Positions 26,300-37,363 of a stretch of 57,152 nt of DNA are shown piece by piece; the first letter of the stretch is position 1, and the number at the start of each line of letters is the position of its first letter. The position numbers and the translations under genes were made by a program. The notes under the pieces are model-generated. The model saw only the letters and a program-made list of their open reading frames with translations. It was not told the origin of the DNA and made no database searches. The stretch is from assembly GCA_000697335.1 (NCBI GenBank), contig JNEM01012723.1, positions 1-57,152 of the forward strand, in the 5' to 3' direction. This DNA is from Conidiobolus incongruus B7586. Lineage: Eukaryota.

Positions 26300-27430
26300 A
26301 TATATAAAAATTAATGAATAATATAAAATTAATAGCCTCTTTTATTATTAATAACTCTTTTCTATACTTTTAGTAAGCTTCTAATACTTAAAAAACAGTT
26401 CTTTTTATTAAGGACTGAAATTTGATGTTTCACAAACTAATTTAATTTGTTTGCAGGAATTTTTTTTCTTGTAAGTTGTTTTTTTAATTGTCTAAAACAA
26501 TTATAATTATATAGATTATAATCAAGTGAATATACTAGATGTGGTAACTCCCTCTAATTTTTTTTATATAAAAAATCTTTTACAGCTTTAGCTTTATGTA
26601 TTTTACAATTATCATATAAAATAATAGGTGTCTTTAATTTATATTGAGAACACTATTTAGAAATTGTTTTATTTAAAAAAATAATATATAACTTACTATT
26701 GATTAATTTTCCTTGAGGTATTAAATAAGAAAACTATATACCATTATAATTTATTACAACAATTAACATTTGTTTATATTTAAAATGTTTATTCATTGGA
26801 ATTTGTAGAGGGGATTGATTTAACTTAACCTAACATCTTGTTTTATTTTTAAGTAAAAGATTATATAAAAGAATTTAAGATTCATCAATTATAAGTATTC
26901 ACTGTAAAATCTTTTGTTTTTGGTTATACTTTAATAAGTTTAGTTTAGCTATAGCTACTTTAATTTTCTTTTAGGTTTCTGTTAAATTATAAAGTATCTA
27001 TTTTGTATTTTTATTAATTAAGTTTAAACTTAAGTAAATATAACATGTTTGTATAATTAATATTAAATTACTTTGATAGTTTTTTAATAGAAACAAAAAG
27101 GTATTTCTTAATATATTTTTTTACTCTATTAATAAGTGAAAAAGTAACAGTAGAAATTAATCTTTTAGATTTTAGTAAATTTTGAATAGTGTCCCTTCTA
27201 GCTTTAAAATCACAAATCTAGTGATATATGGTAGTTTTAGATAAAACACTATCTCTATAAGCTGTTTACAAGTTTTAAATGATTTTAAAGGGTTTATAGT
27301 TAAGTTTTAAAGATACAAAAATAAAAGCCTTTTGATAATCACAATCTAATTTAAATATAATTAAATTTAAGTGTAAATTTTAAAATCAAAATATTTTAAT
27401 AAAAAAAATAATTAAAATTGAATATATATA
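26300..27430 (-). mobile_element. Mariner (DD34D) transposon relic, copy A (best preserved), near full-length transposase
   Basis: Minus-strand translation from 27000, one frame to the stop at ~26329: *ILYNLTET*KKIKVAIAKL...ILIIDES*ILLYN...KQMLIVVINYNGI...LIPQGKLINSKLY...IILYDNCKIHKAK...N*RELPHLVYSLDYNLYNY...SIRSLLKV*KRVINNKRGY*. These are decayed mariner motifs WVPHEL, TGDEKW, HDNARPH, PHPPYSPDLAPSDY and LPxRW. Catalytic positions at 26884-6, 26611-3 and 26506-8, with 34 residues between the last two. Confidence 0.9.
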
Positions 27431-27523
27431 TATAGTTTGAAAATATTTATTTTCCTATATATTTTATATATATATAATCTTTCAAAATGTATAATATGTT
27501 TGAAAGATCAAAAATTAAAAAAT

Positions 27524-28946
27524 TTGCCATTTCTTAATTTCCATACTAATAATAATTTTAATTTTAATGAACAGAGTAACAAACATAGGTCATTTTTATT
27601 AATATCAGAAAAATTTTATATCTATATGGATTAGAAGGATTAGTAAAATTGAGTGCTATTTCTAAATTATTTAGGAATATGTTAATATTTGATATTTTTC
27701 CAAGTATTAATATCAACACTGACATCGAAAATCCATTTTATAAAAGAAAACTGAGTTATAATCAGTATATCGATATCACTGAGGATCAATTGTGTCAATT
27801 TTTTATTCAGTTTAGAATTTAGACATCGAAAATTCAGTAAGTTAAATTGTAACACAGCATAATATATAACTATTAACCTCCACCATTTAGATATAAAAAG
27901 CAGTTTCAAGAATTTCAAAGTTATATACTACTGCTCTAATCTCACTCAACAAGTGTTGCGGTTAGATAGAAGAACTTTAATGGTTTAGAAAATACTAATC
28001 TTTTCACAAAATTGAAGAAATGACATTGTTATAATTTTCCATTCGGACAGTTGATTTCTTGGCACTATTCAACCCTTAAACATCATTGGAATTGTTTACA
28101 TGAAATGATACTAATATAGTCCAACATGCTGATGATCCTATAACTGTCTAAGACTTAATCATTTCAAGCTCTATAAAGTATCTCAATTTGGTACCCTATT
28201 ACTTGACACCTGAAATAGAATTTGACGTATTTGTAAATAGTCACGATCGCCTCACTTGTCTATCACAGTCTTATATCTTTCTATTTCATTCTCAATATCT
28301 ACGACACCTCTGGGAACTGAATTATTGTATTTTCAGTCATAACAATTTCATCTTCTCTCAACCTTTATGGCTCAATTCTCAGACCCATTTTCTTCAGACT
28401 CTCTTGGTATAATTTAGTCCCAAACGCATTCAGTTCATCGAACCTTGTAAATAATTGAAATTCTTAAAATTGGAGTGTTGTATTGTTCCTCTGCCAGATT
28501 TATCTCCACACCAGTTTCCAACCCTTGCAAACCTCGAAAAACTCGAATCAAATCATATGAACGATTTTATTTTCAACAATAAGCTATGCCTATTCTGCCC
28601 CGATCTGAAGGAGTTACAGTTTAAATACACTATAAAATGGATGAGATCTTTCAATTCACTTCTCCCCAAATTATCTCATTTAAACCATTAAATATTATGA
28701 ATTTAGGACCTATTGAATCTTTAAACTACTTTTGGTTAGCATCTTGAATCGGAGCATATTCAACCTCAAGTTTCCCATGCAAGTTTAATCTATTTAACTC
28801 TCTTTGAATTATCCAACTTCCACCATAATACAATTCTAAAATATTATGATGATCCTGATGTCCATCCTTATAAGACATTATTCAAGAAATTTACTGCTGA
28901 GACATGTAAAACTGATCACGAATTCATTCATTGCTACCAGAATTAA
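27524..28946 (+). pseudogene. F-box/LRR pseudogene (P4)
   Basis: EKFYIYMD*KDLVKLSAISKLFRN remnant; intron GTAAGT(27837)...TTAG(27890); FHSQYLRHL, LCLFCPDLKELQFKY; ends HEFIHCYQN*. Stops and frameshifts. Confidence 0.8.
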
Positions 28947-30415
28947 TCAATTAACTCAATAAATTATACCTTATAATAATTATAAAATTGCTTATAATTC
29001 AACTATTATTATGCTTGATTAGTGATAATAATGAAATATCATGATTTATGGACGATTTTGTTATTTGTTTTTTTCAAATTTTAATAAAATGTTCAAACAC
29101 CAAATTTGAAAAATATATAATATTACTATTGATTTCAACTAACAAGATTAAACTGATCATTCAAATTATATATTTTAATCAATATTTGTTAATAATATAT
29201 AACATAGCGTTTTTTTTCGGATGGGCTTAAATTAGATAATATTTGGAACAAATCAACAACTCAATATATTATTTTTTAACAATATTATAGATTGAAATTT
29301 TTTCGGTGTTCTTAATAAATAAATATAGTTCAAAATGATACACCGCATTAATTTGTATACATTGATTTTAATAGATGATCAAAATATATTATTAAAAGCA
29401 TATTATAATAAGTCCCAGTGTATATTTATTCGAATTATTTTTTAAATTTTTTATTAGCATTAGTGAGACCTAGTTATTTTCCATGCTCCTAATAAGTTGA
29501 CTCATATTGAAATATTAATCAAATTTGAAAATAATATTTTAAATCATTATATATAATATCATAGACTGTATATATGAATAAAATATTTTTTCAAATATTG
29601 ATGATATATGACATTTTATAACTATTCAACAAATAATCAATTGTATTTATTCATTATTTCTGTGAGAGTCGAATCATCAACCAATAAGCGTTTCAAATTA
29701 ACTCTATTCACAATATTTTCTTGAAATACCAACCATATCAATATTTTTTCAATATAACATAATATAATCCAGCATCATTATCTTTATAATAATAAAAAAT
29801 TGAAATACTATGAAAGTAAGATCATCCATCATGCCTTCGGACATCCAAATTAGCAAGCTTTTCGTTAACAAATCTTCAAGGAAGGTGTGACAACTTCACT
29901 TTTATTTATATTACTTATATTTCATAATGCTATTGAATTTAGCTATTTTGTTATTTTGAGGTGAAAAAACTATTCAATATGTGTGAACTTTATTATCAAA
30001 TGCAAATTTTTGAAATTTTGCTATTTAAGAATTGAATGGTTTAAAATAGTATTTTTCGTAATCTATATATAGGATCATAAATTATATTTCTATTAATATA
30101 GTCATTAAATATATATCAAAATCCAATTTCAATAATCATATGCTATTATGTAATTATAATAGAACCATAAAATGATATTTCAATTATCAGTATCAGAGAC
30201 TTGAAAAAATAAACGTAGTTTGAAATAATACACATTTATTTTACTATTTACTTGTATATTAATATTATATATACAATACTAACATTTTATACTATTATAT
30301 AATCAAAAAAATTATATAACCACTTTTTAATTTAATAATGATCAAAAATATAAATTTCTATTATTAGTTATAATGATTGCTTCCAAATTGAAAAAATGCT
30401 TGTTTCAAGTTGGTT

Positions 30416-30491
30416 ATCCCAACTTAAATTTTTTTAATCTCATACATTGGCCATAATTTAAAACAAATTTAATACAAACCTTAAGTCACAA
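30416..30491 (+). promoter_or_regulatory. Bipartite upstream motif ATCCCAAC(30416)/ATCTCATA(30437)...AGTCACAA(30484)
   Basis: Variant first box; second box 84 nt before ATG 30568 and 93 nt before ATG 30577. Confidence 0.5.
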
Positions 30492-30567
30492 ACAAAATTC
30501 AAAGGTCTATAAATTGAGATTGAAGTTGAATTAAATATATTTCAAAATAAATAAATATTTTAAATGA

Positions 30568-32015
30568 ATGTTCCAAATGCCTACAATTGAATACTCTAAT
30601 GAGCCCAATATACAAAAGAATAAGGAGCATTTATCATTGATATTAAAGTTGGAAGAGTTTTTATCTTGTTTAAATCAAGAAGAATTAGTTAAATTAAGTA
30701 CTATCTCAAAATTGTTTCGAAATACCTTAGTTCCAACTATATTTCAAAATATATCTTTCGTATATGATCCATTAAATGCTTTTAATAAAAGGATGGAACG
30801 GAATTATGGTGAATATTCTAATATTTCACGAGATCAAATTAATGTATTATTTGAAAAGTTCTTAGATGAATATACCAATGAAAAGTCAAGTAAGTTGTTT
30901 TTAATTTTGTTTTTTTTTTTGATAATTTTTATTCAAGAATTTTAGGTGTATCGAGGCAGATTCAAGAGTTTCAAAGATATTGGCCATTGTTTCAACCATA
31001 TTTGTCGAATGTAACCATTATACATAAGGATAGTTATTGTTTAGACAGTATTGATCAATTCACACAATTGAAAAGATTACATCTGCATTATGTTTTCATA
31101 GGTAAAAATGATTTTTTGGCATTATTCACCAATCTACTGTCTTTAGAATCATTAACATTGGTCCATACTAATATCATAAAACCTCCGAATGATCCAATAT
31201 CCATTCCAAAGATCAACCTTCCAAGATCGATCATAAATCTTCATTTTAACTATTGTCACTTAGTTTCTGAAGAAGATCCAGATTCAATAGAGAGACGTCC
31301 CAATCGCTTTTTTGGATATACTCTACGTCTTGCCTTTCATTTACATCCACAATATCTTCCTAAATTAAAAGAGCTAACTTGTGATGTAGTCAATCCCAAT
31401 AATTTCATTGCCTTAAAGTTCTTATCGCTCAATCCTCAAATCAAACGGCTTAATTCATATCTGACACAAGTTGATTCAAAACATATTGAATTTCTTGAGT
31501 CATGCAACTCTTTGAAATATCTAGCATTGGAGTGCCATACTCTTTCTAATCAAAACGTATCGCAATACAACTTTCCAACACTTGCAAATCTTCAATATTT
31601 CAAATTTGCAAAACATAATCAAGCTCACTTTCCATACTTTGCAAAGATTTGCTTATCTTGTCCAAATTTAAAGGAGCTTCAATTCGAATATACAAACCAA
31701 TGGATGCAATCTTTCCAATCACTTCTTCCAAAATTGACTAGACTTAAAATGCTGGTTATTAGCAGGGTAATACATAGTAATTATTTCACTTTTCCTCCCA
31801 CATACCATTCCCAGTTAGAGAAGATACAACTTCGAGGCTTCCATGCAAAAGAAATTGATTTAATTCAGTTTGAAACACTCTCTAATTTGAAGCTTGTTAC
31901 AATTGTCAAATTCTATAAGGACATTGATGTCAGTTCATATGAGACGATATTTGAGAAATTTTCCAACTGGACTTGTATAATCGGTCATGAAACCATACGT
32001 TGTTATCGAAATTAG
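30568..32015 (+). CDS. F-box-like/LRR protein 6; join(30568 or 30577..30889,30946..32015), 463 or 460 aa
   Basis: 56-nt phase-1 intron 30890..30945 (GTAAGT...TTAG). ATG 30577 gives the same 313-nt exon 1 as its paralogs. Family motifs intact. Confidence 0.9.
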
Positions 32016-32500
32016 AAAGGATTTAAAAATCTTAGAAAAAATCTATAATAATTTATTCAAATCATGTTTGAATAATAAAGTAAATATATGTTTTATTGAT
32101 TATATTTTATAACAATACATTAATATTTTAACATATAACTTCATAAAGAAAAAATTTAAACTTGTTTAATTTTTTAACGTATAATGAATATTTTTCTATC
32201 ACTAATTGAATCGATATTAGTAAAATTCTAATTATTGTATTTGACTAATCTTATATGTTTCTATTCTTTATCTATATGTAATATTTTGAATTTATTCTGG
32301 AAATAGATGTTTTACGAATTCAAATACCAATATTATTTAACTATTTTATGTAAAATTTAGATTCATTGATATAGCATTATATATAATTCATATTATCACC
32401 ACGATTATTTTATGGAATATTTAACTTCATTATTTAATAATTTTAAATAATCAATTTTTATCAAAAAAATTCAATCACAATATAATTCCATGCATTTATA

Positions 32501-32555
32501 ATCCCACAAATCGCAAAAAATATAAAGCTAGTTAAAATTCAAAACTAGGTCACAA
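32501..32555 (+). promoter_or_regulatory. Bipartite upstream motif ATCCCACA(32501)...GGTCACAA(32548)
   Basis: Recurrent motif pair; second box 78 nt before ATG 32626. Confidence 0.6.
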
Positions 32556-32625
32556 AAAATAATACAGTTGAGTCTAGTTCTTTAATTATCAATAATTTAT
32601 ATAGAATTTCTAATTTTTATTAAAA

Positions 32626-34061
32626 ATGTTAGCTTTTGGATATAGCAATCAACCAGATAACGAAAAAAATATTGACAACCTTTCCTTAATATTAAAACTG
32701 CAGGAATTTCAATCATATTTAAATGATAATGAATTAGTAAAATTAAGTACTATTTGTAAATTATTTAGAAATAGATTGACTTCTACTATATTTAAAAATG
32801 TATACTTTGTTAATGATTCATTGCATTCTTTTAACCAAAGAATGGAAAGGAAATATAATGAACACTCTAATCTTTATATGGATCAAGTTCAAGTATTAAG
32901 TAATTCCTCACACGAGTATAGGAATCGAAATCTAAGTAAGTTATGTTTTAACAGTATCTCCTATATGCTTATATTTACACAAATATTTTAGCTGTACAAG
33001 CACAAATAGAAGAATTTCAAACATATTTGCCATATTTTCAACCCCACGCAATAAACTTAACAATTAGACATAAAGATAATCAATGTCTAGAAGGTATTCC
33101 TCATTTTTCTAATTTGAAAAGCTTACACTTGTATGATGTCTGCATTACCAAACAGCTATTCTTGAGATTGTTCACTTCTCTAACTACATTAGAGTCATTG
33201 GCATTAGTCGACGCAAATATTATGCATTCTCCAAGTAATCAAATATCTTTGCCTGAGATCAAATTTCCAAATTCCCTAACGAACCTCCATATTACTGAGT
33301 GTTATTTAGTTTCACTGCTGGATCCAGATACAAGTATAATACCCTTCGATCGCTTGTCCAATATTTCTCAGTGCATTCCCTTTCAATTCCATCCTCAATA
33401 TCTACCTAACCTTCATACCTTGAAATACCATGTACATCGTTATGATAATTTTATGATTTCTAAGTATTTATTACTCAATCCTCAGATCCAGAATGTGAAT
33501 ACTTATTTGATAGAGGTTGATTCAAAGCATATTGAGTTCCTTGAAGTTTGCAAAAATTTGAAATATCTATCATTCGAATCTCATAGCATATCTGGCAACA
33601 TTCTTTCTAGATATCAATTTCCCTCTTTACCAAATATCCACATATTACAATTCAACTATCATAAGCAGCATGATTTTGCATACTTTGAAAAAATTTGCTT
33701 AGCATGTCCTAATATGAAAGAATTGCGATTTGAATATAGTGCTCGATGGATTCAATCATTTAAATCACTTTTAACCAAATTATTGAATCTTAAACGGTTA
33801 ATTATTAGCAAGGTAGTGTCAAACCACTCTTTCAATTTCCATCTCCACTACCATCCTCAATTAGAGTATGTTCAACTTCAAGGATTCCAAGCTAAACATA
33901 TTGAATTAACTCAGTTTGAGCACTTTTCCAATGTTACGCATATTAGAATCATAAAATGTCATAAGGACCCCGATATTAATTCATTTGAGAACATATTTAA
34001 AAAATTTAAGAACTGGACCCTTATAATTGGTATTGAATCGGTCCATTGTTTCAGAATTTGA
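32626..34061 (+). CDS. F-box-like/LRR protein 7; join(32626..32935,32992..34061), 459 aa
   Basis: 56-nt phase-1 intron 32936..32991 (GTAAGT...TTAG); junction ...RNL-T-VQAQIEEFQTYLP. Family motifs intact. Confidence 0.9.
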
Positions 34062-34819
34062 TAGCTATTATTAAATGTTACATTATTTTATCACATTTTA
34101 AATATTATTCAAATTATGATGTTAAAAAGGAAATATATAAAATTATTATGGGTTGATTGTTGATTATTAATCAAATTAAAATTATTTAATATTAAATGAT
34201 TTGATAATGTATGCTGTTTAATAGAACACTGGAAACTTTCTAACGATAATGAGGATGTCAAATTCAAATAATTTCAATAGGTTTTTACTAAATATCAGTC
34301 TATATCATTAATCTATATATACACGTTGTAATCAAGGTTGTTTCTATAACATACTAAGCGCAATTCTATATCAAATAATTTTAAATCTGAGTGTATAGCA
34401 TTTATTTAATCTCTATAATAAAATCGATATTTTCCAAATTCAGTTTATTCCGATTTGCTTGAATTGTCTGAATAGTAATTAGAGGCTTTTGAGTGGAATA
34501 AAGTTTTTATTGGATTTAATAAGCATATTCAATTAAATAGATTATATATATATATTCATAATTAACTCAGATTTTTTGTATTTTTATATTTAGCACTTAT
34601 GGTCAACTTTTTATCTGTTTAATATATCCAATTTCATTACGAAAATATGAATATTTGAAAACAAATATTAGGCAATTAATTATAAGAGTCACTAAAATCA
34701 AAGTATCATAGACAAAAATACTCAAATTTATTAAAATAAATGTAAAAACCAAATAAAAATATAATAAATTTAATATGTTTATATCAACGTATAATCTGAT
34801 ATTAAACATTGTACCTAAT

Positions 34820-35200
34820 AACATCATTGTTGTGTTTTATATTAAGTTTTATAAATAAAGATCGTAGTTAGAAAAGTACTCAAAATATGATTTAGTAAAT
34901 TATTTATTAATCCTGCTCTTTAACGTATCGGGACTGTAGGTTTGAAAACTTACTGTTGAGGCGTCGTAGCAGAATATTCAAAAGAAAAAAAACTCTTTCT
35001 CTATCTTTATCACTGTTGGGTTTAAATAATTGAATCAATGAATGATATGGGATTTGGATAAAATCTAATAAAGAAAATAAAGAGAACAAAGAGTATCCTT
35101 CAATTATATACTGACAAAGCCAGCTTAAAATAGAAATAATATTGGTTTAGCTATCAAACTGGAAGAGATGATTAATTTTGAAATACAACAATCATAATTA
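34820..35200 (-). repeat. Unidentified dispersed repeat family X, copy 3
   Basis: ORF-track peptide LLDFIQIPYHSLIQLFKPNSDKDR matches the frame in copies 1 and 2. Shares the core 'tattctgctacgacgcctcaacagtaag'. Confidence 0.75.
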
Positions 35201-35227
35201 ATCTATATCAATTTATGCTAAATTGTG

Positions 35228-35272
35228 ATCCCATAAATTAAACTATTATTTAATATTTTAACTAAAAGTCAC
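35228..35272 (+). promoter_or_regulatory. Bipartite upstream motif ATCCCATA(35228)...AGTCAC(35267) in front of pseudogene P5
   Basis: Both boxes intact, starts 39 nt apart. Confidence 0.5.
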
Positions 35273-35344
35273 GAATTTATACACTAAATTTAAGATTCTA
35301 GTCATAAATAATTAGTGATATTTTCATAAACTTTTACAGCTATT

Positions 35345-36772
35345 ATTCAAAGCATATAAATTTGAAACACTTAGTAATTATAATCGACACGAGTATAATG
35401 AAGCTGATCACTTATATTAAAACTTAATTCAATTCAACCCTTCTATATCAAGAATCATTTAAATTGAGCATAGCAACGAAATTTTTTTTAATTCATTCCT
35501 ACTTTTTTTCGAGATGAATATTTCAATAATGATACAATATATAAATATAGGAATTATAAGTAGGACAAAATATACAATATATTTCATTAAACTCTGCTAC
35601 ATCAATAGAATTATGTGATCGTATCGAGCAAATATTTAACCACAAATTTTTTACAATACTATACAACAGTTAGGTTTTATCATTGTCTAATTAATCACTG
35701 TTTTTAGATTTACCAATTCAATTTTAAAAATTTCAAAGATTCTTACCAGAATATCAATTTCATCTTACCTCTATAATTATTAGATGTGGGGTGAAAGAAT
35801 ATTAAGAAAATATACCTATATGGACAGAACTAAGTCATTTTCACTAGTTTAATATTTCTATTCACGAGGAGCATTCTTGCCAATTTCAAATTTTCTAGAA
35901 TATTTAAAATCATATATATCATCCCGTGTTAAAATAACATACTCACCTGCCAATCAAATATCTATGGAGGAGCTAATACTTTCGAACTCAATAAACACGC
36001 TCCATTTGGAAGAATGCTTCTGGATACCTGAATTCGATTCCGCTTCTATAATAACAATTCACGGTTTGTTTTCAATGCTTTCCCAACTTCAGCTCTTACT
36101 ACTTCCTTCTCAATGTCCTCCTTATCTTAGGCAACTTACTTTCAATACACTTCGCCCTGTTCTTACAACCGTTACTCCATTTCTAGCATGTAAGTCTTTA
36201 TATTCACTCATTCCATGCTTATTTCAAATTGATTAATGATATGCCTATCCAATTCCTTGAAACCTGTGATGGATTAATGAAATTAATTACTGATTGCAAT
36301 AATTTGACCATTAATTCAAGAATGAGTTATAAATTTACTATTCTTGATATTAGCCAACCATTACAATTTAAAAATAATAAACCCTGTCACTTGAATATTT
36401 TGAAAAGAGGCGTTTAACTTGCTCCAATCTAAACAGACTGCATTTGAAATTTAATGATCCATGCATGGAATCATTTCAAACACTTCTCCTCAAATTGATC
36501 AATCCTAAACTGATGTATATATAACCAATGGCCCATCTCATTACTATTCTACATTACGTCGTAAATATCATTCTCATTCGGAATATATCCAATTTCAAAG
36601 CTTCAATGCCAAAGGTGTCCATTTAAAATTATTTGAACAACTACCCAGTATAAAACATTTTACAGTAATTCAATATTATAAAGATCTGGATACCAATTCG
36701 CCTGAAAGCATATTTGAAAAATTTTAGAGCTGGAGTTATAAAGCCAGTCATGAATTTATATACTGTAATTGA
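35345..36772 (+). pseudogene. F-box/LRR pseudogene (P5)
   Basis: Fragments MEELILSNSINTLHLEECFWIPEFDS, PSQCPPYLRQLTF, IQFLETC and a C-terminal HEFIYCN* remnant. Frameshifts. Confidence 0.75.
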
Positions 36773-37363
36773 ATCTTTGGAACTAAATGTTTTTCAAAAA
36801 ACACTATTATTTTCTAAACTCTTTATTATCAAATTTCAATTTTAAAAAAATAAATACAAGTGATTAAATTATTAGAATTTTTTGTATATGTTTCATTCTA
36901 AATTTTTTAGAAAAATAATTATTTTCATTTAATATATATTTTTATAATTTATAAAATTCAATTCATAATAAATAAATGTTAGTTGTATAAATGAAAATTG
37001 AAACTATTAATTTTTTTCATTATAACTCTGATTTTTAGGAAATTTTTGTCATTTAATAAAATTTAAAAACTTCTATTTGAAATTATTAAATTAAAAAGTT
37101 TTATTAATTACAGTATTATATATATATATATTTTAAAATTTTGATTCAATAATAATAATTTTATAATTCTATTTTATTCACTTTAATTGAATTTGAAATT
37201 ACAAAATTATAATAATTACTTAATAATTTATTATTATTTAAAAAAATGAAATCATATTAATCCCATAATTATATTTGACTAGAGAATGAGTTATAAATAA
37301 TATATCAAAGCAGTTAAATCTTATTTAATGTTTTCAAACAAATGTTTAAATTTGCTAATAATA

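Noticed and set aside
26329..27000. Stop-codon reassignment (TAG/TAA read as Trp) as an explanation for the mariner in-frame stops
   Set aside because: Host genes use TGG for Trp and end in TAA, TAG or TGA, and the same transitions also hit Pro, His and Asp codons.
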